Under the pieces are notes generated by a model. That model was not told the origin of the DNA. It was given only the letters and a program-made list of their open reading frames with translations, and did no database searches. The translations under genes and the position numbers were made by a program. A stretch of DNA of 64,000 bases from Promethearchaeota archaeon (lineage in GTDB: Archaea; Asgardarchaeota; Lokiarchaeia; Sigyniarchaeales; SOKP01), in the NCBI GenBank assembly GCA_048939995.1, contig JBHLOY010000008.1:64001-128000 (forward strand), given 5' to 3'. The stretch's first letter is position 1. Every line of letters starts with the position of its first letter. Positions 29,615 to 39,326 of this stretch are shown here, one piece after another.

Positions 29615-31186
29615 CTAAGTTAGATCTTTGATGGTGTTGAACATTATTTCTAATTGATCGTAAATCTCAAGACGATATTCGATTCCAATCTTAAAAAAGA
29701 GAGCAGAGAGCATTTTTTTTTCTAAATATTCATTTAGATCGAAGTCTTCCATAATCTGTGACCAGTTAGTTTCGTCTGATACTCTTATTCCTATTAAAAC
29801 AACTTTATTTTCTTCAAGGTTAGTTATAATCTCTATAACTATATCCTTCCATTTAGGTTCAATATGCTTTTTATCTCGAGCGTCAAAAATTAGAAAGACA
29901 CCATCAGAATCAGAAACGTCAAAATCGTCGAAAAGAAAATTCTTTATCACTAAACCATTTGAAAAATCATAAATCCTTTTTTCTTTATTATCATCAAATT
30001 TTTGACAATCACACAATTTGTTAATTTCTGTTAAAATCTGTAATCCAGGGCTCCAAAAGGGATTTTTAGTTATAAATGAAATTGTTAATCTGTTATTCTT
30101 AGTTAGAATGGAATTAATAATTTCCATTAAATCCACCCTTAAACGTTGTTCTTCTAAATCTTTTGCTCTCATAATATAATGGTATGCAATTAAATTAAAA
30201 GCATCAGGTATGTTTTCACCGGTTAAAGCACTAGTCTCAATGTATGATATACCTCCTTCATAATGACTTCCACTTAACTCATTAGCCAATCTCACACCTT
30301 CTTCATAAGATACGACTCTTTCTTTTTCTAAGTCGATTTTATTTCCTATAATAATGATAGGTATTTGCTTAGCTCTTAAAAACGTCTTAACTTCATTATA
30401 CCAATTTTGAATATTCGAAAATGAATTTTTATTAGTCACATCAAACACAATAAAGGTTGCTTGAGTACCTGAATAATAAGTTTTTCTTAATCTCTTAAAG
30501 AATTCCTGAGCTCCGATATCATATAAAAGAAAAATTACTTGATTCTCATATAACTCAATAGAATGAGACATTACATCAATCCCTATAGTAGAACGGTAAT
30601 CTTCAGAAAATTTCTGCTCTACAAATTGCCTTATTATTGAAGTTTTTCCAACCTCGTGATCACCAATGAGTACACATTTGAATTTATACTTTCCACCTGA
30701 TTCTAGTCGCATTTGATATATTTGTTCCTTAATCCGTTCTAAATCTTCAGAAACGCCAGCCTCAAAATTTGGTATTTTTAATTGAATATGATCTCCTTCT
30801 TTTGCTATTAATATTTGAGCAGTTTTTTCAGCAAGAAAAAAAGCATAAGGAGAAATCTTATCGATTGAGCCTAATGTATTAAGAACTATTGTTAGAGTTG
30901 TATTTTCATCAATTGAAATGAAGAGAAAACGATATTTTTCAGTATCAAAACTTGAACTACCAAATTTCTTAAACGCAAATTCATTTCTGATTCTTTCTAA
31001 AACAGGGTTTATAAGTGCGGTTAAAACTGATACTAATTCCATATCGACGGTAATTTTCTTCTCTCCAGCAATTATAAAACCCTCATGATCAGAAACAATA
31101 ACAGCTTCAATCTCTTTATCAATTTCTAAGAATTTTGTGAATATTTCTTTAAATAGAGGATCAAAATTTATTGCCATTGTAATCAT
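29615..31186 (-). CDS. Roadblock domain + Rab/Ras-like GTPase + degenerate G-domain fusion (paralog B)
   Basis: IEAVIVSDHEGFIIA; GDHEVGKTS, STIG, YDIGAQ, NKID, ETSAL; collinear with paralog A. Confidence 0.88.
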   Translation of the reverse strand: MITMAINFDPLFKEIFTKFLEIDKEIEAVIVSDHEGFIIAGEKKITVDMELVSVLTALINPVLERIRNEFAFKKFGSSSFDTEKYRFLFISIDENTTLTIVLNTLGSIDKISPYAFFLAEKTAQILIAKEGDHIQLKIPNFEAGVSEDLERIKEQIYQMRLESGGKYKFKCVLIGDHEVGKTSIIRQFVEQKFSEDYRSTIGIDVMSHSIELYENQVIFLLYDIGAQEFFKRLRKTYYSGTQATFIVFDVTNKNSFSNIQNWYNEVKTFLRAKQIPIIIIGNKIDLEKERVVSYEEGVRLANELSGSHYEGGISYIETSALTGENIPDAFNLIAYHYIMRAKDLEEQRLRVDLMEIINSILTKNNRLTISFITKNPFWSPGLQILTEINKLCDCQKFDDNKEKRIYDFSNGLVIKNFLFDDFDVSDSDGVFLIFDARDKKHIEPKWKDIVIEIITNLEENKVVLIGIRVSDETNWSQIMEDFDLNEYLEKKMLSALFFKIGIEYRLEIYDQLEIMFNTIKDLT

Positions 31187-31302
31187 TTTGCTAAATTTGA
31201 TATTAAAAAAATATTAGTAACAATGTAAAATATTAATAATGCAAAAGAACATAAACTTAAAAGTAGTAATTTTATATTTTATTAAAGAGTTTTCAGATTG
31301 AA

Positions 31303-31878
31303 ATGGCTAACTGCATAATTTGTCATCTGGGAATTATTATAGGGAAAGATAATTTTCAAGAGTGCCCAAATGGACATCCCACTCATGGAGATTGTCTACA
31401 AGAATGGTTAACACATGCTTCTAATTGTCCTCTATGTAATGAACCATACCCCCAAAATATAATTGAGCAATTTAAAGACTATATAGATAAGAAAGAATTA
31501 GAGAAAAAGAAAGCACTTGAAGAAGAAATTAAGAAAGAGACAGTAAAGAAAATAAAAGAAGCTGCTGATAAGATTGCTTTGATGAAATTCATTGAATCTA
31601 TAGAATCGTTAATCAAACAAAAAAAGTATGACTACGCATTATCTAGATTAGAGTTGCATGATGAAGAAAACATTTCAACAGAGAAAGGAAGAAAAATTTT
31701 GTTTCTTAAAGGAAAAGTAAATTATTTGAAAGGAAGATATGATTTGGCAATCAACTATTTGTTCAAATTGGTTAAAGAGAAATTTGATTACCCCGATGGC
31801 TTTCTTTTCCTAGGACTATCATATGAAGCTCTTGGATTAACCGATAAAGCAAAATGGGCTTATGATAGAATTAATTAA
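31303..31878 (+). CDS. RING-H2 finger + coiled coil + TPR protein
   Basis: CIIC...CPNGHPTHGDC..EW...CPLC (C3H2C3); C-terminal TPR pairs. Confidence 0.8.
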   Translation: MANCIICHLGIIIGKDNFQECPNGHPTHGDCLQEWLTHASNCPLCNEPYPQNIIEQFKDYIDKKELEKKKALEEEIKKETVKKIKEAADKIALMKFIESIESLIKQKKYDYALSRLELHDEENISTEKGRKILFLKGKVNYLKGRYDLAINYLFKLVKEKFDYPDGFLFLGLSYEALGLTDKAKWAYDRIN

Positions 31879-31904
31879 AGCTCTGATTTTATAATACTTA
31901 GATT

Positions 31905-33320
31905 ATGAAAAATTGTTGTTTAACAATAGCAGGTTCTGATCCTACTTCAGGAGCTGGAATTCAGGCAGATATTAGAACATTTGATAGATGTGGAGTTCAT
32001 CCCTTTTCTGCTATTACCGCTATTACATTTCAAACAGCTACAAAGTTTTTGGGGTATAAATCTCTTTCAGATGATCTAGAACGTCAATTGAATGCGATTT
32101 TTTCAGCATATCCAATTAAGTTTGTAAAAATTGGCATGGTTCCAGATTTAAAAGCACTTAATATCATACTTGATTTTATAAAAAAGTATGATCTTTTTGT
32201 TGTTTATGACCCTATTTCAGTTTCTAGCTCAGGAAGAAGGCTTTCAATCAAAGGTCTTGAATTAGAAATTGAAAAAAAGTTATTTCCGAAGGTAAAAGTT
32301 ATTACACCTAATCTTTCTGAAGCTTTTGTTTATTCAAAGATAAATTATGAGAAATTTAATTTCGATAATTACAAAGAAATTGGTGAAGCATTACTGAAAA
32401 AACTTTATAGCAATCCTTCAAAATTTGTTGAAGAAAAAGCAGTAATTGTTAAAAGTCTTGAGCTAGATAACAAAAAATTAGTAGACTTAGTCGTGATAAA
32501 TAAAGAAGATAAGAAGAAATTTAATTTGCAGTTTGAATTTTATGAAAAATTAAGAAGGGCCTTTCAAGGGAATATTCATGGATCCGGATGTGTTTTTTCT
32601 TCCGCGATTGCTGCCTTTTTGAGTAAAAATTATAATTTAAAAGAATCAATAACTTTAGCAGAGAAATTTTTTGATGAAAAATTCCAAACCTTTATAGAGT
32701 TACCTGATAGGGGTAAAGTTATAGACCTCACCATTCCTGAGGAGAAATTAAAAGTAATAAATCAAATTAAAGAAATATACAATTTCATTTCTAATATTAA
32801 AAAATTTTCAAAACTAATACCTGAGGTAAGATTAAACATTTCATGTTCTTTACCTAATGCTAAAAGCAAAATGGATATTGCAGGAATAGATGGTCGAATG
32901 ACTATAGTGAACGATTTTCCTAGAGCTTCTGGTGAAATTAAATTTGGAGCATCAGATCATACCGCGAGACTTCTTTTATCTGCTAAAAAGTTTGATAATT
33001 CAATTAATTTAGTTATAAATCTTAAATATAGCCAAAATTTAGTCAAAAAACTTAATGAGACATCAAGTTTAAAACTTTATGAATTTGTAAGAGAGACAGA
33101 ATCCTATCAAACGAAATTAATGGAAAATTCCACTATGCAATGGCTTATTGAAAAAACTGTAGAAGATACAAATTGGATTCCTGATATTATATGGGATAAA
33201 GGGGAAATAGGGAAAGAGCCTATCATTAGAGTCTTTGCTAAGGATTCTAAGGATATGATAAATAAACTTCAAATTATTATAGAATTGATTGAAGATCACT
33301 CGGAAACTATTAAAAATTAA
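31905..33320 (+). CDS. thiD: Bifunctional HMP(-P) kinase / ThiN-type thiamine-phosphate synthase (ThiDN)
   Basis: TIAGSDPTSGAGIQAD, ITPNLSEA, HGSGC; ThiN motifs IPEVRLN, FGASDH, GEIGKEP. Confidence 0.9.
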   Translation: MKNCCLTIAGSDPTSGAGIQADIRTFDRCGVHPFSAITAITFQTATKFLGYKSLSDDLERQLNAIFSAYPIKFVKIGMVPDLKALNIILDFIKKYDLFVVYDPISVSSSGRRLSIKGLELEIEKKLFPKVKVITPNLSEAFVYSKINYEKFNFDNYKEIGEALLKKLYSNPSKFVEEKAVIVKSLELDNKKLVDLVVINKEDKKKFNLQFEFYEKLRRAFQGNIHGSGCVFSSAIAAFLSKNYNLKESITLAEKFFDEKFQTFIELPDRGKVIDLTIPEEKLKVINQIKEIYNFISNIKKFSKLIPEVRLNISCSLPNAKSKMDIAGIDGRMTIVNDFPRASGEIKFGASDHTARLLLSAKKFDNSINLVINLKYSQNLVKKLNETSSLKLYEFVRETESYQTKLMENSTMQWLIEKTVEDTNWIPDIIWDKGEIGKEPIIRVFAKDSKDMINKLQIIIELIEDHSETIKN

Positions 33321-33383
33321 AAAAAAGTAAACGAACTATTAATGCGAACATTTTAAGTAAACGAGTTAAGCCGTAAATTAGGA

Positions 33384-34697
33384 TTAAAACAAGTTTTTAG
33401 AACTTTTCTTTTCTAAAGCATCTTTTAAGATTTTAATAGCACAAAATTCACCACACATACTGCACACATCATCATCAAAATCACCATTTCTATAGTGTTT
33501 TTCTCTTGAAAGATCTGGATCAATAGATTCCTTTATCATTTCCTCCCAATTCAGATTTTTCCGAGCACAATCCATTCTATAATCCCAATCTGAGACTTTT
33601 TTGCCGAATTTTGCGATATTTACCGCATGAGCAGCGATTTTTGAGGCAATTACTCCTTGTTTAACTTCTTCTTTATCGGGTAAAGCTAGATGTTCAGAGG
33701 GAGTGACATAACACAAATAGTCGGCACCTGCGAGGCCAGCAAGAACACCTCCTATCGCACTTACAAGATGATCATAACCTGGAGCGATATCAGTTACTAA
33801 TGGTCCTAGCACGTAGAATGGGGCGCCATTACATACAGATTTCATTAATTTAATATTTCTTTCAATTTCATGCGCAGGAATGTGCCCTGGACCCTCAACC
33901 ATAACTTGGACGTTTTTATCCCAAGCTCGTTTAACTAATTTAGATATCTCCAATAATTCCTGAATCTGAGCATAATCTGTTGAATCAAAAATGCAACCTG
34001 GTCGCATTCCATCTCCGAGTGATAAGGTAAAATCATATTCTTGTGCTAATTCAAGAAGATAATCGTAATTAGTATAGAAGGGGTTTTCTAAATCATTTTC
34101 AAGTATCCAAGCCGCCAGAAAAGTCCCACCACGAGATACTATACCCATATGTCTCGGGTGTTCTTTTAAATAATTAACAATTTCTTTAGTTACTCCTACA
34201 TGTATTGTAAAAAAGTCTACTCCTTCTTTAGCTTGTGATTCAATAACTTTAAACAAATCATCTTCGTCAAAATTGATTATTGCTCCTTTTCTTTCAATCG
34301 CTCGTAGAGCAGATTGATAAATAGGTACTGTCCCTATTGGTACATCTAACTGATCTAAAATTAGTTTTCGAATCTTTTTTACATCTTGTTCAGTTATACC
34401 AGTACTTAAATCCATAACTGTATCTGCGCCATATTTAACAGCAATTTTAGCTTTTTCTAGTTCTCCTTGAATATTGCATACTTTTTTACTAGAACCTATG
34501 TTTGCATTAATTTTAACTAATAATCCTTCTCCAATTCCCAACGGGTTAGTATTGCCTCGATTAGATTTAGGAATAATAATACGCCCACTTGCGATACCCC
34601 GACGTATAAATTCTAGTTCAACTTGTTCTTTTTTGGCAACAATTTCCATTTCTTGTGTTATTTCGTTATTCTTGGCGGATTTCATTAAAGTAGACAA
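33384..34697 (-). CDS. thiC: Phosphomethylpyrimidine synthase
   Basis: KINANIG, DTVMDLS, GTVPIYQ, SRGG, LGDGMRPG, EGPGH, CSMCGEFC. Confidence 0.96.
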   Translation of the reverse strand: MSTLMKSAKNNEITQEMEIVAKKEQVELEFIRRGIASGRIIIPKSNRGNTNPLGIGEGLLVKINANIGSSKKVCNIQGELEKAKIAVKYGADTVMDLSTGITEQDVKKIRKLILDQLDVPIGTVPIYQSALRAIERKGAIINFDEDDLFKVIESQAKEGVDFFTIHVGVTKEIVNYLKEHPRHMGIVSRGGTFLAAWILENDLENPFYTNYDYLLELAQEYDFTLSLGDGMRPGCIFDSTDYAQIQELLEISKLVKRAWDKNVQVMVEGPGHIPAHEIERNIKLMKSVCNGAPFYVLGPLVTDIAPGYDHLVSAIGGVLAGLAGADYLCYVTPSEHLALPDKEEVKQGVIASKIAAHAVNIAKFGKKVSDWDYRMDCARKNLNWEEMIKESIDPDLSREKHYRNGDFDDDVCSMCGEFCAIKILKDALEKKSSKNLF

Positions 34698-34832
34698 TTC
34701 TTTAAACCTTCAACTAACTAATTGATTTTAAATTCTCTATGAGAAAATAATTATCTTAGAATTAAATTATTTTGTTTATTAAAAATAATCTAAAAGAATT
34801 CAAATATTAAAAAAAAATTAATTAGATTATAT

Positions 34833-35144
34833 TTATTCCAGTCCAGCTAATCCAGAAGCCTCTTCGAATGTCATCCAAACATCTACGGAATATTCAAGCC
34901 CTTCTACATTGATGAATTCATAATAAAATCGTGAAACTCGATTGAGTGCTTTTTCTAATTGACCTTCTTTAACTTTCCAAATAGTCATTAGCTTCACTCC
35001 TTTTTTAGTTGTTTTAACTGGAGTGCCAAGATTTTCGAAAATAGTTTCATCTGGAGGATATTCATCTCTAATTTTAACATATACTTTTATAGCATCACCC
35101 TGTTTATGGGTTGGATAAGACATTGTTCCAATTATATATGGCAT
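34833..35144 (-). CDS. Small hypothetical protein (possible dimeric alpha-beta barrel)
   Basis: 103-aa ORF with SD AAGGTG; no strong motif. Confidence 0.65.
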   Translation of the reverse strand: MPYIIGTMSYPTHKQGDAIKVYVKIRDEYPPDETIFENLGTPVKTTKKGVKLMTIWKVKEGQLEKALNRVSRFYYEFINVEGLEYSVDVWMTFEEASGLAGLE

Positions 35145-35245
35145 AACAATTACACCTTTAATTATTATGTTTTAAAATTATTTAGATTTCAATGCAAGTT
35201 ATTTCTAGATAAATAGCTATTTAAATATTATAATTTTGTAAATAT

Positions 35246-35719
35246 TTAATAACCTATTCTAAGTTGCTTTAGTAGTTCTATAAGCGAATCAGTCAACATA
35301 TAGTCTTTCAACTCCTCAAATGGTACAAATCGTGCTTCTAAGGCATCGTCTTGTGCCTTAGGGGGTTGATTACTATCTCCTTCAATCTGTTCTACAAAAT
35401 AATTGATCAAGACATAGTGATATTCTATTTTATCCTCCTTATCATACATAATTTTATCGATGATTCCTGCAACGTTAGTTACTTTAACGATAAAACCAGT
35501 TTCTTCTAACGCTTCTCTTTCTGCTGCATCCTCAACTCTTTCCCCAAGATCTAAATGACCTCCAGGAATTGACCAAAAACCAGCATCCGGATTATATTTA
35601 CGTTTTACTAACAATAATCGATTATCTCGTACTAGCATAATCCCAACACCAATATGAGGCCTAACAGGATAACGCCGATCATTATGATTCCTCGTTTTTA
35701 TTATACGGGCCATTATCAT
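35246..35719 (-). CDS. Nudix hydrolase (ADP-ribose pyrophosphatase-like)
   Basis: GGHLDLGERVEDAAEREALEETG Nudix box; EYHYVLI. Confidence 0.92.
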   Translation of the reverse strand: MIMARIIKTRNHNDRRYPVRPHIGVGIMLVRDNRLLLVKRKYNPDAGFWSIPGGHLDLGERVEDAAEREALEETGFIVKVTNVAGIIDKIMYDKEDKIEYHYVLINYFVEQIEGDSNQPPKAQDDALEARFVPFEELKDYMLTDSLIELLKQLRIGY

Positions 35720-35750
35720 TAAAAAAAGTATCTATTAAGTATTATTAGGT

Positions 35751-36284
35751 TTGAAACATTATAAAGGTTCAAGGCTATATTATTTTAAGGGGATAATTAT
35801 AGTAAGACCATGGTATTGGCCTAAAGGAGGGCAACCTCACAGGACAGAAGAGTTTACGTGGATAATCAAAGAAATATTAGCCGCAAGTTGGTGGCCAGAC
35901 CCTCCTGTTTTTGAGAGATATAAAAAAGAGAATATATCAGTTATAATTAATTGCTCTGAATTTGATAACAAAAACAACATTCCTGATAGATTTATTTACT
36001 ATCACATAAATGTTCCTGATTTTGGTTTACCAACAGAGGAACAAATTGAGGAGTTCCTTAAAATTTGTGATATATACATTAAATTAGGAAAGGCAATTGT
36101 GGTACATTGTGTGGGAGGATGTGGGAGAACTGCCCAATTCATTGTAGCATGGGCTGCAAATAATGGATTCTTGCCAAAAGGGATAGATCCGGTTAGATGG
36201 ATACGTAAACTAAGACCTTGCAGTTTAGAAACTCGGGAGCAAATGGAAAATGCTAGAAAAATAGCGAAAAAGTATCAGAAATAA
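35751..36284 (+). CDS. Dual-specificity/tyrosine protein phosphatase (start uncertain)
   Basis: VPDFGLP and HCVGGCGRT (HCx5R); LRPCSLETREQ. Confidence 0.9.
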   Translation: MKHYKGSRLYYFKGIIIVRPWYWPKGGQPHRTEEFTWIIKEILAASWWPDPPVFERYKKENISVIINCSEFDNKNNIPDRFIYYHINVPDFGLPTEEQIEEFLKICDIYIKLGKAIVVHCVGGCGRTAQFIVAWAANNGFLPKGIDPVRWIRKLRPCSLETREQMENARKIAKKYQK

Positions 36285-36378
36285 TGATAATGTAAAGCTT
36301 ATATTGTATTATTTTTATATGTTAATTAATTTCTTAATTTTATTTTAGGCATAATATTAAATATCACAAATTAGAAAC

Positions 36379-37539
36379 TTGCATATGAATAAAACTGACT
36401 ATCTTTACATGATTCTAGATAATATATTAGTGTTTAATATTAATCTTCCTGCGGAATTTCAAGATGAGAGATTAAATGAGCACCTCAATAAATTTGATGA
36501 ATATGGATTGAAAATAATTGCCGGATTTAATAAAAATTTCTTGGAATATTTCTTAAAGATCTCTGGTGGGAAAAATCAAAAGAAAATTGAAGACACTCTT
36601 AAGAAAATGGAGAAAATTTCTTACATGATTGGTCCTATAGGCAATTTAAGTTATTTGACCCCAGAACAGGCAGATTATATACTTAAAAAGATAGACTTGC
36701 TCAAATTAGAAGAAATAAATGAAGAAAAGATTAGTTTGATTGCTGACGACTTATTAAGGGAACAGTTTGGAGGCTCAGGTAATTATAGTGCGTCTGATGC
36801 TTTGGAGAATCAATTAGCTAGTGCAGCTTTCTATTTAATGAATATGGGATACTCACGAGAAGAAATTCAAGAAAAGTTTAATGAAGTGAGGCAAGACCAA
36901 TCAAAATTAGGTGAATTGTTTACTCTCCCTCAAAAAGAAATTTATAGTATGCCCACTGAAATCGGGATTGCTGATTCAGTGTCACCCCCAGCAAATCTAG
37001 AATCAAGTATTGATGATAATCGAAGTATCAATGAAGCAATTGCTCGTACCGTTCAATCAATCCACCAAGATATCACTGCTGAAAGAGCTCAAAAAGTAGA
37101 TGAAATCATACAAGAGATAAGGGCTTATGTTAAAGATAGTATGTCAGAACTTCAAGAAAAGGTATTTAGGCAAATGCATCCAGATAGATTAAATCGCGCT
37201 TTAAAGATGCTGAAAACGACCAAAAGAAAATCCAAAAGAATGGAACTTTACCTTGAATGGTTTACAACTAGTTTTCTACTTTCAAAAATAGAATTAAAGG
37301 TTGAACACTGGCAGGTTTCAAGTTCAGCAGGTCATGGAAATGCTGGAGTTTATACAGCAGGTATCGATTTCTCTAGGTATGATAATATTATAAGAGATTT
37401 TCCAGACAGCAAGTTAACAAAAGTCATCAATTTAGCAAGACGAATAATACAAAATCCCACTAAAAATGCAATTCAAAAACTTGGGCAGGATCTGATCGCT
37501 GAAACAGGATTTGATGAGCATCTTTACTTCACAGATTGA
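36379..37539 (+). CDS. Hypothetical helical protein with possible UBA-like segment
   Basis: 386-aa ORF; LMNMGYSREEI segment. Confidence 0.65.
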   Translation: MHMNKTDYLYMILDNILVFNINLPAEFQDERLNEHLNKFDEYGLKIIAGFNKNFLEYFLKISGGKNQKKIEDTLKKMEKISYMIGPIGNLSYLTPEQADYILKKIDLLKLEEINEEKISLIADDLLREQFGGSGNYSASDALENQLASAAFYLMNMGYSREEIQEKFNEVRQDQSKLGELFTLPQKEIYSMPTEIGIADSVSPPANLESSIDDNRSINEAIARTVQSIHQDITAERAQKVDEIIQEIRAYVKDSMSELQEKVFRQMHPDRLNRALKMLKTTKRKSKRMELYLEWFTTSFLLSKIELKVEHWQVSSSAGHGNAGVYTAGIDFSRYDNIIRDFPDSKLTKVINLARRIIQNPTKNAIQKLGQDLIAETGFDEHLYFTD

Positions 37540-37560
37540 ATAATGCTCCTAATTAAAAGA

Positions 37561-39177
37561 CTAATTTTGCTTATAGACACTCTTTCCTCTAATAAATGTC
37601 TCTAATACTTTAATCTCTCTTATCTTATTCTTATCAAAAGTAAGAGGATTATGACTTAATATAACAAAGTCTGCAAATTTTCCGACTTTGATACTACCCT
37701 TTATATCCTCTTCAAATGCAGCATAGGCAGCATTGATTGTATAAGTTTTTAAAGCGGTTTCAACAGAAATGCATTGCTCTGGCACAAATCCATTCCGTGT
37801 GACTAATGCATGTATCCCTAAAATTGGGCTTGGATCCTCAACTGGGCAATCTGAGCCAGAAATTAATACTATGCCAGAATCTATAATTGATTTAAAAGGA
37901 TAGGTGTATTTACAACGTTCTTTACCTAAGCGCTTCTCAAGCCATTTATATTCAGAATTTATAAAGGGTGGTTGGCAGGAAGCAATGATGCCATATTCTT
38001 TCATATCTTTTAAAACATCCTTTGACAGCATTGAAGCATGCTCAATCCTATGCCTATGATCCTTTTTGGGAAATTCTGTTAACAATTTTTTATATAAATT
38101 CACTGCGATTCTATTCCCTTTATCTCCAATAGCATGAATTATGATATGAATTCCATTTTGGTGTGCTCGTTTCATTCTATTATAAATCTCGTCCTCTTCA
38201 ATTACACAAAATCCACATAACGAAGGGTCATCAAAGAAAGATTCATACATACAAGCAGTTTTTGCCCCAAAAGAACCATCTAGAAAAAGCTTTAATCCTC
38301 CAAATTTGAATTTATCATCGACTTGCTGGTCAAAAAAAAAAGACTCTTTAATCCTAAATAATTTTTTTACTCTCTCTATATTGATAAAAGTATAGCAGTT
38401 TTGAAGCATTTTATCTTGCAAGAATCTAAATAATGGCAATTCAATAGCTCCCACTTCCCCAAATTCACCACTTTTATCTCCACTAACTATGCTGTGTAAA
38501 GAAGTTAATCCATTAGCAGCAAACTTTTTAAATGCTTTAAATGCAGCATCTATTATAGCTTGTGCTTCGGGAAATTTCACTTTTGACAGGATTAGGTTGA
38601 TGGCTTTCTCACATATTATCCCATTAAGGTTTCCATCTTCATTTTTTCGAAATTCTCCACCTTCAGGAACTTTTGTATTTTCATCTATTCCAGCTAGATC
38701 CAAAGCTTTTGAATTCGCAATACCAATATGACTATCATATCTTAAGATGAATACTGGATGATCGGTACATGCGTCATCTAAATCCTGCCGTAAAGGTAAA
38801 ATAGGCACCTTAAACTTTTCTTCGTTAAAATTGAAAGCTAATAATAATTCAGATCTATTCTTTCCTTTAACATATTTTCTTAAGAGAAGCTTTAATTCTT
38901 CAATACTCGTTGTATTAGTTAGATCGGGAAACAATTGGTATAATATGTATAAAATAGGGTGAAGATGGCAGTCAATAAATCCTGGTAGAAGCGTATTTCC
39001 ATTTAAATTAATTAATCTGTAATCTGATTTCAAAATACTGAGGACATGATCCATTGACCCAACGGCTACAATTTTTTCTCCTTCAATACCAATAGCTTCA
39101 ACTATAGGTTGTTCTTCCTCTATTGTTAGAATTGGCCCACCAAAAATAAGTTTTTTTTCTAGATTTTGATTATACAT
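37561..39177 (-). CDS. Amidohydrolase family 3 (YtcJ-like)
   Basis: LPGFIDCHLH, KLFLDGS, HAIGD, RIEHAS, GSDCPV. Confidence 0.92.
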   Translation of the reverse strand: MYNQNLEKKLIFGGPILTIEEEQPIVEAIGIEGEKIVAVGSMDHVLSILKSDYRLINLNGNTLLPGFIDCHLHPILYILYQLFPDLTNTTSIEELKLLLRKYVKGKNRSELLLAFNFNEEKFKVPILPLRQDLDDACTDHPVFILRYDSHIGIANSKALDLAGIDENTKVPEGGEFRKNEDGNLNGIICEKAINLILSKVKFPEAQAIIDAAFKAFKKFAANGLTSLHSIVSGDKSGEFGEVGAIELPLFRFLQDKMLQNCYTFINIERVKKLFRIKESFFFDQQVDDKFKFGGLKLFLDGSFGAKTACMYESFFDDPSLCGFCVIEEDEIYNRMKRAHQNGIHIIIHAIGDKGNRIAVNLYKKLLTEFPKKDHRHRIEHASMLSKDVLKDMKEYGIIASCQPPFINSEYKWLEKRLGKERCKYTYPFKSIIDSGIVLISGSDCPVEDPSPILGIHALVTRNGFVPEQCISVETALKTYTINAAYAAFEEDIKGSIKVGKFADFVILSHNPLTFDKNKIREIKVLETFIRGKSVYKQN

Positions 39178-39326
39178 CGTTTTGTAGAATGTGTAGAGAG
39201 ATATAATAGGAAATTTGTATCAAAATAATTATAAATTTTAATATAATTTTAATTTTTCAAAATTTTCTAAGAAAAGTTTAAAAAATTAATTTTAATTCTT
39301 AGGATTAACATAAAATAATATCACGC

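Noticed and set aside
33325-33364. AAGTAAACGA repeated twice 30 nt apart between thiD and thiC
   Set aside because: Only two 10-bp copies and no cas genes; not a CRISPR array.
34698-34832. TPP riboswitch upstream of thiC
   Set aside because: The region is very AT-rich and lacks the CUGAGA core motif and stems.
38332-38341. A10 homopolymer in the amidohydrolase as a phase-variation site
   Set aside because: The frame is intact and such runs are common in this AT-rich sequence.
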